From Candidatus Nanopelagicales bacterium (lineage in GTDB: Bacteria; Actinomycetota; Actinomycetes; S36-B12): a stretch of DNA of 64,000 nt. Under the pieces are notes generated by a model that was given only the letters and a program-made list of their open reading frames with translations, made no database searches and was not told the origin of the DNA. A program made the translations under genes and the position numbers. Every line of letters begins with the position of its first letter. Within the stretch, counting starts at the first letter, position 1. Positions 30,865-41,862 of this stretch are shown here, in pieces. Location: contig JAFMHB010000001.1 in the NCBI GenBank assembly GCA_017854795.1, forward strand, positions 80,606 to 144,605. Direction: 5' to 3'.

Positions 30865-32193
30865 ATGCGTATTTATAGGTCAAAATCATTGCGACGCCTT
30901 GGTGTTGTAGCAGGCTCATGCGGCTTGGTTGTGGGCTTGCTATTGACGCCCACGGGCGCTGTGGCAGCGCCACCCAGTGGTCCTGTTCCCACCGTGTATC
31001 AACCTCTGAATAGCAGTTCGCCCGCTCCCAGCATCACTGGATTAGACCGTTCAATTGGCAAACTCACCCAGAGTGCGTCCTTGGGCAGGTTCTCGATGAT
31101 TGTTGTCGACCCGGTAAGTGAAAAAACAATCTTCAATGATCAAGTTGATAAGGCCCGAATTCCCGCCTCGGTGGCCAAGGTGTTGACGGCTGCAGCAGCA
31201 CTAAGTTCACTAGGTCCCAATACTCGCCTTTCCACCCAAACGAAACTCAATGGCATGGACCTGTACCTGATAGGTGGAGGCGACCCATTGTTGTCCAAAG
31301 CAAAGGGCACCAATTCGCTTAAGTCCCTAGCTCAAAAAACAATCAGTGCGTTGACATCAAGAAATCAAAAAAACATAAAACTTTTTTACGATGATTCCCT
31401 ATTCACCGGTCCATCCCTTGGTCCGGGCTGGAAAACGAGTTTTCCCAATGTGGGAGTTGCGGCCCCCGTATCAGCGCTGAGCGTTGGGGGTGCTCGGGTA
31501 AGTGGCAGTTCGGTTAGCCGCGTGTCAAACCCGGCTAAACAGGCGGCTCAACTTTTTGCCCAGCGACTTAAAAGGGCCGGAATTTTGGTTCAGGCAGTCA
31601 AACGAGGGCAAGCTCCAACAGTTTCAACTCCCATTGCATCGGTACCTTCTCAGCCCGTTAGCGCGATCGTTGAAGAAATGTTGCGGGAGTCAGACAATGA
31701 CATAGCCGAAGTTCTCGCGCACCTTGTGGGACAAAAAACCGTTGGAGACGGCAGTTTCGCAGGTGGTGCGCGCGCAACGAAGTTGATCTTGGATCAAAAC
31801 GGTATTTCAACCAAGAACCTGAATTTATTTGATGGCAGTGGGCTCTCACAGCAGAACAAGATGACTAGTACGACCGTGGCCCAGATACTGACCAAAATGG
31901 TGCGTGGTGACAAATCGCAATGGGCCGCGATTGCTACTGGCCTTCCCGTTGCGGGGCGCACGGGGACACTGGATACACGCTTTGATACCAAGAGAACGCA
32001 AGCAGGTGCCGGTGTTGTTCGAGCAAAAACAGGCTCACTCACAGGTGTATCCGCATTGGCTGGAACCGTTTTAGATAAAAGCGGACGACTCCTTGTCTTC
32101 GTCATGATGGGTAACAAGGTTGGATCACTGAACAGTGCTCGAGATTCAATGGATCTGATTGCGTCCAAACTTGCTAAATGTGGATGCTTGTGA
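30865..32193 (+). CDS. dacB: D-Ala-D-Ala carboxypeptidase/endopeptidase (PBP4)
   Basis: PASVAK, SDN, DGSGLS, KTGSL. Confidence 0.93.
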   Translation: MRIYRSKSLRRLGVVAGSCGLVVGLLLTPTGAVAAPPSGPVPTVYQPLNSSSPAPSITGLDRSIGKLTQSASLGRFSMIVVDPVSEKTIFNDQVDKARIPASVAKVLTAAAALSSLGPNTRLSTQTKLNGMDLYLIGGGDPLLSKAKGTNSLKSLAQKTISALTSRNQKNIKLFYDDSLFTGPSLGPGWKTSFPNVGVAAPVSALSVGGARVSGSSVSRVSNPAKQAAQLFAQRLKRAGILVQAVKRGQAPTVSTPIASVPSQPVSAIVEEMLRESDNDIAEVLAHLVGQKTVGDGSFAGGARATKLILDQNGISTKNLNLFDGSGLSQQNKMTSTTVAQILTKMVRGDKSQWAAIATGLPVAGRTGTLDTRFDTKRTQAGAGVVRAKTGSLTGVSALAGTVLDKSGRLLVFVMMGNKVGSLNSARDSMDLIASKLAKCGCL

Positions 32194-33191
32194 CCGCGAT
32201 CCCGCATTCGGACCTCATCCGAAGAGCGTCGCGGCGCACTATGCCCAAAGGCCCCGAAGTCAGTTCGGTTCATGCTGCCCAGGTTGTTGCTTCACTGCGC
32301 GAACTCGCTCAAGTTGCAACCCGAGAAATCACCGCCGTGTCACTTCTTGAAGCCCCGGTGACCCACGAAACAGTGGTTGTAGATCGAATGGGCTGGGTTG
32401 AATCAAATATGAATGCATTGGGGGTAATCACGCAGTTCGTATCGGAGGAGGGCGAGGATGGTAATCCACTTGCCGACCGTGCAGGTGCCATTCAGACGGG
32501 ACTCGCTTTGGGTTGGGCATCGGGAAAAGTGTTGGGTCAATACGAAGCGCTGGTCAATCCTGGACGTTTGCTTTTGGTTGCACCAAATATCACCCAGGTC
32601 GCGCGCTCACTTGACGTTGATGAACGAGACTTTCAACTCTGGGTGTGCTTACACGAAGAAACCCACCGACTTCAATTTGGAGCGGTCTCTTGGATGCAGG
32701 GCCATTTCATTGAGCTGATCAAGGAAATGATCGGGGCCGAGAAACTACCGGGGCGGGCGTACCCGTGGCGTCTGCTTCAAGTGATTAATGCTCTCATCCG
32801 CAATGACGGTTCGAGTGTTATTGAACTTGTTCAAAGTGATGATCAGGTGCGGATCTACAGAAGGATTGTGGCCCTGCTGACCCTGTTAGAAGGCCACGCG
32901 GATTTTGTCATGGACCAAGGTGGGCCTGATCTAGTTCCCAGTGTCTCTGAGATTCGACGTAAGTTTGAAGTCCGACGTGATTCAAATAAGAAACTGATTA
33001 CCAGGCTTCTCGGTATGGACGAAAAACTTATGCAGTACCGAAAAGGTGAAGCCTTTGTTAGCAACTGTGTCGCTGAAATGGGAATTGCAGACTTCAATGT
33101 GGTTTGGGCATCGCCAGAGAATTTGCCAACCTTGGCCGAAATTGAAAATCCAGCAACGTGGCGAAAACGAATTCTTCAGCACCATGAATGA
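32190..33191 (+). CDS. Zinc-dependent metalloprotease (zincin; dacB-tilS linked)
   Basis: WVCLHEETH, LLEGHAD, QY..G..F; synteny; start approximate. Confidence 0.88.
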   Translation: MTAIPHSDLIRRASRRTMPKGPEVSSVHAAQVVASLRELAQVATREITAVSLLEAPVTHETVVVDRMGWVESNMNALGVITQFVSEEGEDGNPLADRAGAIQTGLALGWASGKVLGQYEALVNPGRLLLVAPNITQVARSLDVDERDFQLWVCLHEETHRLQFGAVSWMQGHFIELIKEMIGAEKLPGRAYPWRLLQVINALIRNDGSSVIELVQSDDQVRIYRRIVALLTLLEGHADFVMDQGGPDLVPSVSEIRRKFEVRRDSNKKLITRLLGMDEKLMQYRKGEAFVSNCVAEMGIADFNVVWASPENLPTLAEIENPATWRKRILQHHE

Positions 33192-34182
33192 GATGAAAAA
33201 GCCGGCATCTCAAACAGTTGTTGCCTTGCGCAACAGTGTCAAGGCATGTTTGGCGCCCGACACGGCGTCGGTAGTGGTCGGGCTCTCGGGTGGGGTGGAT
33301 TCTCTCGTTCTCACAGCAATCGCCGTTTGGGTTGGAGAGCGATCCGGTTTCACCGTGCAGGCTGTTGTTGTTGACCACGGCCTTCAAGTCGGTTCAAGTG
33401 AAATTGCAAGTAGTGCGGCTGTAGCCGCAACAAAACTGGGCGCCACTTCGATTGAAATTCGCAATGTTGACGTGGGAACTAATGGTGGAATGGAAATGGC
33501 TGCTCGAACTGCTAGACGTTCTGCGCTTCTAGATGTCGCCAGCGGGCGCCCAATCCTGCTCGGTCATACCGCTAACGACCAGGCTGAAACTGTCTTACTG
33601 CGACTACTCCGTGGGTCAGGAGCCCATAGCCTGTCAGCGATGTCGGCATGCACCCAGACTTGGCATCGTCCGTTTTTGTCTCATCTGCGTGGTGACATTG
33701 AGCTCGCGAGCGTAGAGTTACTTGCCCCTCTGGGGATCACACCTTGGCGGGATCCGCATAATTTTGACGAGGGTTTCTCTCGGGTCAAAATGCGGAAGCA
33801 CCTTGACCTGTTGAGCGAGGAATTCGGCCCGTCAATTGTTTCTGGGCTTGTACGAACCGCAGATATGTTGCGAGCTGATGACCGAGCTCTTGACCTGATC
33901 GCAGCGCAGTACTTCCATGCCGCTGAAAAATCTGAGTTGGCAGTAAGCATGAGTGTCGAAGAGTTTGACAGCGTTCCCACCGCGATCCGTACCCGACTCA
34001 TCAAGTCGTGCTTTGATTGCTTGACCGCTGGAACCCGCGAAAATTCTCCTCTCACGCACCAACATGTCATGAGGGTTGAAGCACTTATTTCAAGCTGGTC
34101 GGGACAAAGTGGGATTGCATTGCCATTGGGTGTGACCGCGAAGCGGGAATATGGAAGGCTAGTCTTCAATCGGGGAAACTAA
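33184..34182 (+). CDS. tilS: tRNA(Ile)-lysidine synthase
   Basis: SGGVDS, VDHGLQ, GHTANDQAET, DPHN. Confidence 0.93.
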   Translation: MNEMKKPASQTVVALRNSVKACLAPDTASVVVGLSGGVDSLVLTAIAVWVGERSGFTVQAVVVDHGLQVGSSEIASSAAVAATKLGATSIEIRNVDVGTNGGMEMAARTARRSALLDVASGRPILLGHTANDQAETVLLRLLRGSGAHSLSAMSACTQTWHRPFLSHLRGDIELASVELLAPLGITPWRDPHNFDEGFSRVKMRKHLDLLSEEFGPSIVSGLVRTADMLRADDRALDLIAAQYFHAAEKSELAVSMSVEEFDSVPTAIRTRLIKSCFDCLTAGTRENSPLTHQHVMRVEALISSWSGQSGIALPLGVTAKREYGRLVFNRGN

Positions 34183-34194
34183 AAGGAGCAATGC

Positions 34195-34752
34195 GTGGAC
34201 GCAGGAGATATCGAAGGTCAACTAGATCATGTGCTCCTCACCGAAGAGCAATTACATGACCGGATTGCCGAATTAGCCAATGAAATTGGCGCTGACTACC
34301 CCGCCGACGAAGACCTGCTACTGGTTGGTGTTCTCAAAGGTGCCGTAATGGTTATGGCGGATTTAGCGCGCGCACTCCCTCGACAGGCACACATGGACTG
34401 GATGGCGGTGTCTTCCTATGGTTCAGGAACGACCTCCAGCGGTGTTGTTCGAATTCTCAAAGACCTCGATACTGATATTGCTGGCTGCAATGTTCTCGTA
34501 GTCGAAGACATCCTTGACTCGGGGTTAACCCTCACGTGGTTGCTCAAAAACCTCGGTTCACGGAAGCCAAAAACCCTTGAGGTCTTCACGCTCCTACGCA
34601 AGCCAGAAGGCATGAAAATGAAAGTTGACGCTAAATATGTCGGCTTTGATATCCCGAATGAATTCGTGGTCGGTTACGGGTTGGACTACGACCAGAACTA
34701 CCGCAATCTGCGATCAATCGGCACGCTGGCACCGCATGTCTACGAATCCTGA
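34195..34752 (+). CDS. hpt: Hypoxanthine phosphoribosyltransferase
   Basis: [24 protein letters not shown]. Confidence 0.97.
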   Translation: MDAGDIEGQLDHVLLTEEQLHDRIAELANEIGADYPADEDLLLVGVLKGAVMVMADLARALPRQAHMDWMAVSSYGSGTTSSGVVRILKDLDTDIAGCNVLVVEDILDSGLTLTWLLKNLGSRKPKTLEVFTLLRKPEGMKMKVDAKYVGFDIPNEFVVGYGLDYDQNYRNLRSIGTLAPHVYES

Positions 34753-34867
34753 GACCTGATAGCCCCCAAGCCCAAGGGAGTCGCCCTCATGGAATCAGCC
34801 TTTTCGCCCAACGCATAACCCTTGGTGCAGCGCGCTCGCACACCTGAGGTCGTAGTACCGTGGCGAA

Positions 34868-36793
34868 GTGGATTTCAAGAGGATTTTGCGGGGGCCGATA
34901 TTCTGGATCGCCCTCGCGATCATATTTGTTCTCGTGGGCTCAAGCCTGATTTCAGGGGTTGGCGCTCCAGAGGAAGTGGATACCAGTGTCGCGATCTCGG
35001 AAATCTCGGGTGGCAATGTTGATACTGCAACCATCACCGATCGTGATCAGGTACTTGAACTGGTTCTCAAAAATGGTGAAACCGTTCGGAGCACCTACGT
35101 CACGGGTCAGGGCATTGTTCTTCAAGAGTTACTGCAGGTCAAGGCCGACTCTGGAGCCCTCCCCGGCGGTTACAACGTCGTTGTTCCATCAGAAAATATT
35201 TTCTTTACCCTCATAATTTCGTTAGTGCCATTTATTCTGTTGGTTCTCATCATGGTTTTCATTTTTTCCCAGATGCAGGGTGGCGGCTCCAAGCTCATGC
35301 AGTTCGGGAAGTCAAAAGCCAAATTGGTGTCCAAGGACATGCCACAAACCACATTTGCTGACGTTGCAGGTTCCGCGGAGGCGGTGGAAGAACTCGAAGA
35401 GATCAAAGAATTCCTGCAAGATCCTGAGAAGTTCAAGGCAGTGGGTGCCAAAATCCCCAAGGGTGTTTTGCTGTATGGGCCACCGGGAACGGGCAAGACT
35501 CTTTTGGCTCGTGCTGTTGCAGGTGAAGCGGGTGTACCTTTCTACTCGATTTCGGGCTCAGACTTTGTCGAAATGTTTGTCGGTGTCGGAGCAAGTCGCG
35601 TGCGTGATCTTTTTGAACAGGCAAAAGCGAATGCGCCCGCAATTATTTTCATGGACGAAATTGATGCGGTAGGTCGGCATCGTGGTGCGGGAATGGGTGG
35701 CGGCCACGACGAGCGCGAGCAAACGTTGAACCAGATGTTGGTTGAGATGGACGGCTTCGATGTCTCCGGCGGAGTAATCATGATCGCTGCGACCAACCGC
35801 CCCGATATCTTGGATCCGGCACTGCTGCGACCAGGCCGCTTTGACCGACAAATTGCGGTCGAACGCCCCGACCTCAAGGGTAGATTTGAAATTCTCAAGG
35901 TGCATGCAAAGGGGAAACCCTTCTGTGACGACGTAGAAATGATGAACGTTGCCCGGCGAACCCCAGGGTTCACGGGCGCTGACCTGGCCAACGTTCTCAA
36001 CGAGGCCGCACTCCTCACCGCACGCGAAGGTGCATCCGAGATCACCAATGTGATCATGGATGAAGCAATTGACCGCGTGATGGCAGGCCCACAGAAGCGC
36101 ACGCGGGCAATGGACCATGAGGAACGACTCATCACGGCCTACCACGAAGCCGGGCACGCACTTGTTGCCGCAGCACTTCCCGGTAATGATCCCGTCCACA
36201 AAATCACGATCATGCCGCGTGGACGCGCACTCGGGTACACCATGGTTTTGCCCGACCAAGAAAAATATTCCACTACCCGAAGCCAGATGCTCAATCAGTT
36301 GGCTTACATGCTTGGCGGTCGTGCAGCCGAGGAATTGATTTTTCATGACCCCACGACCGGTGCATCCAATGACATTGAAAAGGCAACGGCCGTTGCGCGC
36401 GCAATGGTCATGCAATACGGCATGACCGAGCGCCTTGGAGCCATCAAATACGGTCAAGAGCAGGGTGAAGTATTCATGGGTCGCGACATGGGGCACACAC
36501 GTGACTTCTCCGAGGAAGTTGCCGCTGCAATCGACGAAGAAGTTCGGGCGTTCATTGAAACCGCACATCAGGAGGCCTACGACCTTCTCGTAGCTAATAG
36601 GGATGCACTTGATGCAATCGTGGTCGCCTTGATGGAACGAGAGACACTTCAGAAGGAAGAGATCGCGGAGATCTTCGCCGAATTAAATTTACGTGAGCCT
36701 CGAGGAGCATGGACAGGTTCGGCACGCAGATCGCCAGACATCAGTGGACCGGTCGAAGTACCTGCCCTTGATGCCGCAAAATCCAATGTATAG
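34868..36793 (+). CDS. ftsH: ATP-dependent zinc metalloprotease FtsH
   Basis: 2 TMs, [27 protein letters not shown]. Confidence 0.98.
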   Translation: MDFKRILRGPIFWIALAIIFVLVGSSLISGVGAPEEVDTSVAISEISGGNVDTATITDRDQVLELVLKNGETVRSTYVTGQGIVLQELLQVKADSGALPGGYNVVVPSENIFFTLIISLVPFILLVLIMVFIFSQMQGGGSKLMQFGKSKAKLVSKDMPQTTFADVAGSAEAVEELEEIKEFLQDPEKFKAVGAKIPKGVLLYGPPGTGKTLLARAVAGEAGVPFYSISGSDFVEMFVGVGASRVRDLFEQAKANAPAIIFMDEIDAVGRHRGAGMGGGHDEREQTLNQMLVEMDGFDVSGGVIMIAATNRPDILDPALLRPGRFDRQIAVERPDLKGRFEILKVHAKGKPFCDDVEMMNVARRTPGFTGADLANVLNEAALLTAREGASEITNVIMDEAIDRVMAGPQKRTRAMDHEERLITAYHEAGHALVAAALPGNDPVHKITIMPRGRALGYTMVLPDQEKYSTTRSQMLNQLAYMLGGRAAEELIFHDPTTGASNDIEKATAVARAMVMQYGMTERLGAIKYGQEQGEVFMGRDMGHTRDFSEEVAAAIDEEVRAFIETAHQEAYDLLVANRDALDAIVVALMERETLQKEEIAEIFAELNLREPRGAWTGSARRSPDISGPVEVPALDAAKSNV

Positions 36794-36805
36794 TTTCGTT
36801 GCATA

Positions 36806-37417
36806 ATGAGCGATATCAACCCCATCAGTATTACCAGCCCAGGGCCTAAGTCTCCCTACAATTACGCGGGTGTTGAAAAAGCAACTCGTGATCTGTTAAT
36901 CGCAATCGGAGAGGACCCAGATCGTCCCGGCCTCATTGACACTCCGGCTCGGGTTGCTCGCGGATATGCCGAAATTTTTGGTGGACTGCACAAAACCGCA
37001 GAGGAAGTACTCACCACAACATTCGATCTAGGCCACGACGAGCTTGTAATTGTGAAAGACATTAATTTCAACAGCATGTGTGAGCATCACTTGCTACCGT
37101 TTTATGGTCATGCTCACATTGGGTACATCCCCAATGAAAATGGACGTATTACCGGCCTCTCCAAACTTGCTCGTGTCACGGACGTTTTCGCCCAGCGCCC
37201 CCAAGTCCAGGAACGACTCACGGGTCAGATCGCGGATTCAGTCATGAATATTTTGCAGCCACGGGGTGCAATAGTGATTTTGGAAGCAGAGCACATGTGT
37301 ATGTCACTTCGTGGAGTGCGTAAGCCGGGAGCGGTCACGACCACAAGCGTTGTGCGAGGCTCATTGCGTGACCCTGCAACTCGCTCCGAGGCCATGACGT
37401 TAATCACCGGACTTTAA
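36806..37417 (+). CDS. folE: GTP cyclohydrolase I
   Basis: [32 protein letters not shown]. Confidence 0.97.
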   Translation: MSDINPISITSPGPKSPYNYAGVEKATRDLLIAIGEDPDRPGLIDTPARVARGYAEIFGGLHKTAEEVLTTTFDLGHDELVIVKDINFNSMCEHHLLPFYGHAHIGYIPNENGRITGLSKLARVTDVFAQRPQVQERLTGQIADSVMNILQPRGAIVILEAEHMCMSLRGVRKPGAVTTTSVVRGSLRDPATRSEAMTLITGL

Positions 37418-37422
37418 CTTCA

Positions 37423-38607
37423 ATGTTCGCCCATGCCCCGGTAATCATGGGGATCTTGAATTTAACCCCGGATTCATTTTCCGACGGTGGCCAATTTGAT
37501 TCAGTTGAATCAGCGGTCAACGCTGCCACGTCTATGGTGGATCGTGGTGCGAACATCATTGATATTGGCGGAGAGTCCACCCGTCCCGGTGCCGAAAGAA
37601 TTTCACTCGAAACTGAACTGGCACGCGTGATTCCAGTTGTTGAGCAACTCTCGGCGCAGGGTATTTACGTAAGCATTGACACCATGCGCTCTGAGGTCGC
37701 GGAAGCTGCCGTTTCTGCGGGTGCACGAATGGTGAATGACGTAAGTGGCGGTCTCGTCGATCCACAAATGTTAAAAGTGGTTGCACGTCTCGGTGTTCCG
37801 ATTGTGCTGATGCATTGGCGTGGACCGAGCAAGACGATGCAAGAGAATATTCACTACGACAATGCCGTTGTTGAAGTTTGTGCAGAATTACAGAGCCGGG
37901 CCAGAGCAGCACTGGGTGCCGGAATTGACCGCGGCAACATCATTGTTGATCCCGGAATTGGTTTTGGAAAAGAAGCTAACCACAATTGGGAACTGTTAAG
38001 ACATTTTGATGCCCTAATGGCGATCGGCTATCCATTACTCGTTGGGGTATCACGCAAGAGATTCCTCGGGTCTCTTCTGGCAGACACCGAAGGAATTCCG
38101 CGTGACGTTGGCGCCCGTGACGTCGCATCCGCGACCTCATCGGCCTATCTTCTTCAACGTGGCGCATGGGGTGTCCGAGTTCACGACGTACAAGCAACAA
38201 GTGATGCGTACAAGGCCCTGAGTGCGATCAACCCGGATCCAGCAATTGACTCAATTGAATTGCTGGGCCTGCGTGAATTTGGCCACCATGGAGTACTTGA
38301 ACACGAGCGCATTAACGGGCAGTATTTCAGTGTCGATGCAACTTTGGGGCTTTCAATTTCACATGCAGCGCACACCGACGATCTAGCGGACACCGTGAAT
38401 TACGCGGAAGTAGCGGATTCAATTCGAGCCCGAATTGCCGGAGAGCCCGTAGACCTGATTGAAAAACTTGCCGAACTGATTGCCACTGATTGCCTGGCAT
38501 TTCCTCAGGTCGTCTTCGCCAAGATTCGAGTCCATAAGCCTAATGCACCAATTGAAGGCGAATTCGGCGACGTCATTGTCACTCGAGCAAAATTTGCTGA
38601 CTCATGA
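37423..38607 (+). CDS. folP: Fused dihydropteroate synthase / dihydroneopterin aldolase (FolP-FolB)
   Basis: NLTPDSFSDGG, DPGIGF, SRKRF, RVHDV, then GHHGV..HE, DTVNY, VHKPNAPI in one frame. Confidence 0.93.
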   Translation: MFAHAPVIMGILNLTPDSFSDGGQFDSVESAVNAATSMVDRGANIIDIGGESTRPGAERISLETELARVIPVVEQLSAQGIYVSIDTMRSEVAEAAVSAGARMVNDVSGGLVDPQMLKVVARLGVPIVLMHWRGPSKTMQENIHYDNAVVEVCAELQSRARAALGAGIDRGNIIVDPGIGFGKEANHNWELLRHFDALMAIGYPLLVGVSRKRFLGSLLADTEGIPRDVGARDVASATSSAYLLQRGAWGVRVHDVQATSDAYKALSAINPDPAIDSIELLGLREFGHHGVLEHERINGQYFSVDATLGLSISHAAHTDDLADTVNYAEVADSIRARIAGEPVDLIEKLAELIATDCLAFPQVVFAKIRVHKPNAPIEGEFGDVIVTRAKFADS

Positions 38608-39110
38608 AAAACACCGTCCTGATTGCATTCGGAGCAAATCTGGGTGACCCGGTTACAACAGTGAAAGTCGCGTATAAGCAACTTTCCCAGGAGTGGACAC
38701 CGCTCGCAAGTTCGCATCTATATCGGAGTAAACCTGTCGGTGGAGTTGAGCAGGACGACTTCATTAACGCGGTAGCACTTTTTGCTACCGAGCTATCCGG
38801 GCGTGAAATTCTCAACAAACTTCACGAAGTTGAAGATGTTCATGCCAGGACCCGAGAAGTCCGCTGGGGACCACGGACATTGGACCTAGACGTTATTGCC
38901 CTCTGGGAGAATGGTGATCCTGTGACAAGTCCAGATCCGATCCTGACTCTCCCTCATCCGCGTGCGTGGGAGCGTGTATTCGTTACCGCCCCATGGACAT
39001 CGATGAATTTAGACGCCCCGTTCAGCGAACTTCCTGGGGTAGGTCCAGTTAATGAATTGTTGTCATCAATCCAGGAAATTGATCAGCTTGAGATGGGGCT
39101 GGACGACTGA
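38604..39110 (+). CDS. folK: HPPK
   Basis: GANLG, FINAV, RWGPRTLDLD, LPHPR. Confidence 0.95.
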   Translation: MKNTVLIAFGANLGDPVTTVKVAYKQLSQEWTPLASSHLYRSKPVGGVEQDDFINAVALFATELSGREILNKLHEVEDVHARTREVRWGPRTLDLDVIALWENGDPVTSPDPILTLPHPRAWERVFVTAPWTSMNLDAPFSELPGVGPVNELLSSIQEIDQLEMGLDD

Positions 39111-39571
39111 TGCACACCACGAAGATCTCACGGCTTGTAGTTATCGCCTTGATTCTTATGGCAATTGGATTTGCACTCACCCAAATTATTATGGGTCAAA
39201 GTTCACGCTCCCTCCCCGTCCCAGCAATGGCTGCAGGTGCGTTGTGGATCCTGGGCGCTGGATTCGGGATCTGGACCTACTTTGCGAAGCCGCGCCTTAA
39301 GCGGGAACCCGGCACGAAGCCATTCCCGCCACTAGCGGCGGCTCGGATTGCTGTATTAGCGCTGGCAGGGAGCAGAACGGGTGCGGTAATCGCCGGTTTC
39401 TACGCTGGGGTGGCACTTGCCTCAATGGGCAGTATTGACACCCCTGCCGGTTGGAGCGCGACCGTCAATGGCTTCTTGGCCGCATTGGGAGGGGTGCTGC
39501 TCGTTATTTCTTCGCTGTGGCTGGAAAGCCTGTGCGTTGCAAGAGACCAGGGCACAACCTCAGACAAGTGA
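39110..39571 (+). CDS. DUF3180-like membrane protein
   Basis: 4 TMs, AAR..LA.A, LE..C terminus; position after folK. Confidence 0.8.
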   Translation: MHTTKISRLVVIALILMAIGFALTQIIMGQSSRSLPVPAMAAGALWILGAGFGIWTYFAKPRLKREPGTKPFPPLAAARIAVLALAGSRTGAVIAGFYAGVALASMGSIDTPAGWSATVNGFLAALGGVLLVISSLWLESLCVARDQGTTSDK

Positions 39572-39589
39572 TCAAAGTACTGTGCTCCC

Positions 39590-39886
39590 ATGAGTGATTC
39601 CACGCTTGAAGACTTGCCCTTCGACGAACTGCGGCACCAGGCTTTTCATCTGGCAGAAAAGAAACTAGATATTGGTTTCTTCACTGACGTGTTCTCGCAC
39701 ATGCCTGGAATGATCGCGATTGAGGGCGAGGGTGGGGACCTCGGTTCAATCGGGGGGACATTTATTGAAACCGTGCGGGCCACCAAGCAAATGTTTGGTC
39801 ACGGTGAAATCGATCCAGACATTGAAACCCTGCTCCGCGCTCGATTCGCGACCTACATTCGGGCTAACGATCCAAGTCTCCAATAA
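39590..39886 (+). CDS. Hypothetical protein
   Basis: TACTGT-N6-ATG start; plausible helical 98-aa protein. Confidence 0.65.
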   Translation: MSDSTLEDLPFDELRHQAFHLAEKKLDIGFFTDVFSHMPGMIAIEGEGGDLGSIGGTFIETVRATKQMFGHGEIDPDIETLLRARFATYIRANDPSLQ

Positions 39887-40949
39887 CCAAAAACATACTG
39901 CTCAATGCGTTCGGCAACTGATCGAGGCGGTGGCCCACGAGTGTGGGAACAAGTGCCTGGAAATTATTGAATGATGCAGACCGTAATTTTAAGCGCCACG
40001 GAGTTTTGTCCCCGGCACTGACCAAATACCAACCGTTAATCCCGGTGGGTCCGTCGACCCAGGAGTAGGAGTTTCCTTCTGGTGCTCGCACCACCTTGGG
40101 GAGAACTACATTGACCTCTGAACCGTTTGTAGTTTCAAGGTGTGGCATTATTTTTTCGATAAGTGCAGTGCTCAGTGACACTTGATCAATCAGTGCCAAG
40201 AAGCGAGAGTATGCATCTCCATCCGTGTACACCTCTGGCCTAACGGCATCCAATTCCTTGTATTTGAGGTATTCGGTGTCGAATCGGAGATCGTTATTTA
40301 GTCCGCTGGCCCACGCCACTGGTCCGCTGGTGCCAAATGACACTGAGTCAGCGGTAGACAGAACCGCCAATCCGCGGAGTTCACTCTGATTCAGACTTTC
40401 ACGGAGAGTGGGGAGAATTTTCTGCAATTCATAAATAATTTCATGACTTTGTTCGGAGGTGTCGGTGGGAATGTCGTGAGCAACACCTCCAATGCATGCG
40501 TACATTGGGTGAACTCGATTACCCGTGATCGACTCGAATAGGTTGGCGATCTGGTTGCGGATCTGGTGGGTTTGCTGAGTCGGTAGAAATGCAATCAGGG
40601 CTGAGATCCGGGTGAACTCAGCCAGCAACATGCGAATCCACGTGGCTCTCTCGGGAGGGTGAATTCCCATTGCCGATTCAAGGGTCAGCGCAACTCCAAG
40701 TTCTGAAGTAAACGGCGCATACCAGTCGTGGCGGTTAGCCAGCATCATGATTTGTCGGTAGTCACGAACCTCGAAAAGTTTTTCGGCACCACGGTGCATA
40801 AAGCCAATACGAGGTTCGACATCGGTGATCAGGTCACCATCGAGGGTGAGGTTGAGTTGAAATCCTCCTTGAGCACTTGGGTGAAATTCACCCAAATCGA
40901 TTCTGATCTCGCCGGGGGCCAAGCCAATACCGGCAATCACATTACGCAT
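39864..40949 (-). CDS. nuoD: Stand-alone NADH-quinone oxidoreductase subunit D-like protein
   Basis: GEFHPSAQG, IGFMHRGAEK, RHDW, PWRLKLRSASF, GDLDR. Confidence 0.88.
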   Translation of the reverse strand: MRNVIAGIGLAPGEIRIDLGEFHPSAQGGFQLNLTLDGDLITDVEPRIGFMHRGAEKLFEVRDYRQIMMLANRHDWYAPFTSELGVALTLESAMGIHPPERATWIRMLLAEFTRISALIAFLPTQQTHQIRNQIANLFESITGNRVHPMYACIGGVAHDIPTDTSEQSHEIIYELQKILPTLRESLNQSELRGLAVLSTADSVSFGTSGPVAWASGLNNDLRFDTEYLKYKELDAVRPEVYTDGDAYSRFLALIDQVSLSTALIEKIMPHLETTNGSEVNVVLPKVVRAPEGNSYSWVDGPTGINGWYLVSAGDKTPWRLKLRSASFNNFQALVPTLVGHRLDQLPNALSSMFLVIGDLDR

Positions 40950-40961
40950 ATGTGCATCGTT

Positions 40962-41828
40962 TCATGTCCGAGTACCAAAGTCTTGAACGAGCCACCGAAA
41001 ATTATTGTGACCAGGATCGACATCGGTGATTGAAGTGGCTGTGATGTCCGGACGTGATGCTATTGCGGCACTGGCACAAGAATCCAACGCAACGTGAGTT
41101 GTGATGTTTACTTCCCCGTTGGGAATCGCGCGAACAGAACTACCAAGTTGATATCCGGTGAGAGTGCCGGCATCAAATAATCCCTTGGCCCGCTGGTCAA
41201 GTGAATGTGAGTAATCAATAGCGATTGCCCGTCCTGTACTGAAAATGTTTACCAATTTAACCCACGCGTGATCGCGAGTGATTCCAATTTCTCGACGTGC
41301 ATGAGGAGCTGTTTGCGGCCACCACTGTGCGAGCCATTCCAATTCCACCTCTGAAATTGGCTCGCCCAACTGCTCATGACCACTGACGGGATCAACCAAA
41401 ACTGTTCGCGGTGTGAGGTTCTCGTCGTATTCGACAACGGTGGTGGGAATGTCATCTAAGAGCTCATGGGCAATCACGACACCGAATTTCTCCCTGATCG
41501 GGATTTTTCGCGCGTCACCACTGGACACATCGTAAATCTGGGTTTTCCAGTTGAGTCCATTTTCGCGGATGAGGTGTTGCAGCTTTTCCACAAGTGAACC
41601 GTCGGATCCACCAACATCGAGGATCAAGAATTGAGTGGGAGAACCGCAATACTGATAAGTTTCGAGTAGATAGGGAAATAATTCCGCTGCCAAATCTGGG
41701 TTGGATTGAACAGCCGTACGAAAGTGCTCATAGGGATTTGCTCCCTTGGTCCCGAACTCACCGTAAAAGCTATTGGGGCCGAAAGCTGCGCCCTCCCAAG
41801 CATTGATCCAAGGAATGTATGGGGACAT
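40962..41828 (-). CDS. SAM-dependent methyltransferase, MidA/NDUFAF7-like
   Basis: HFRTA, LDVGGSDG, AHELLDDIP, AIDY, NITTHV. Confidence 0.8.
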   Translation of the reverse strand: MSPYIPWINAWEGAAFGPNSFYGEFGTKGANPYEHFRTAVQSNPDLAAELFPYLLETYQYCGSPTQFLILDVGGSDGSLVEKLQHLIRENGLNWKTQIYDVSSGDARKIPIREKFGVVIAHELLDDIPTTVVEYDENLTPRTVLVDPVSGHEQLGEPISEVELEWLAQWWPQTAPHARREIGITRDHAWVKLVNIFSTGRAIAIDYSHSLDQRAKGLFDAGTLTGYQLGSSVRAIPNGEVNITTHVALDSCASAAIASRPDITATSITDVDPGHNNFRWLVQDFGTRT

Positions 41829-41862
41829 GGGACATGACGTTAGTCACCCCTAGGCTTTTGGC

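Noticed and set aside
35542..36568. Long antisense ORFs (336 and 197 aa) within ftsH, and similar ones within katG, clpC and coxL
   Set aside because: Shadow frames of conserved genes; no recognisable motifs or start signals.
39864..40949. Possible [NiFe]-hydrogenase large subunit
   Set aside because: Lacks the N- and C-terminal CxxC Ni-binding motifs; ends in GDLDR like NuoD.
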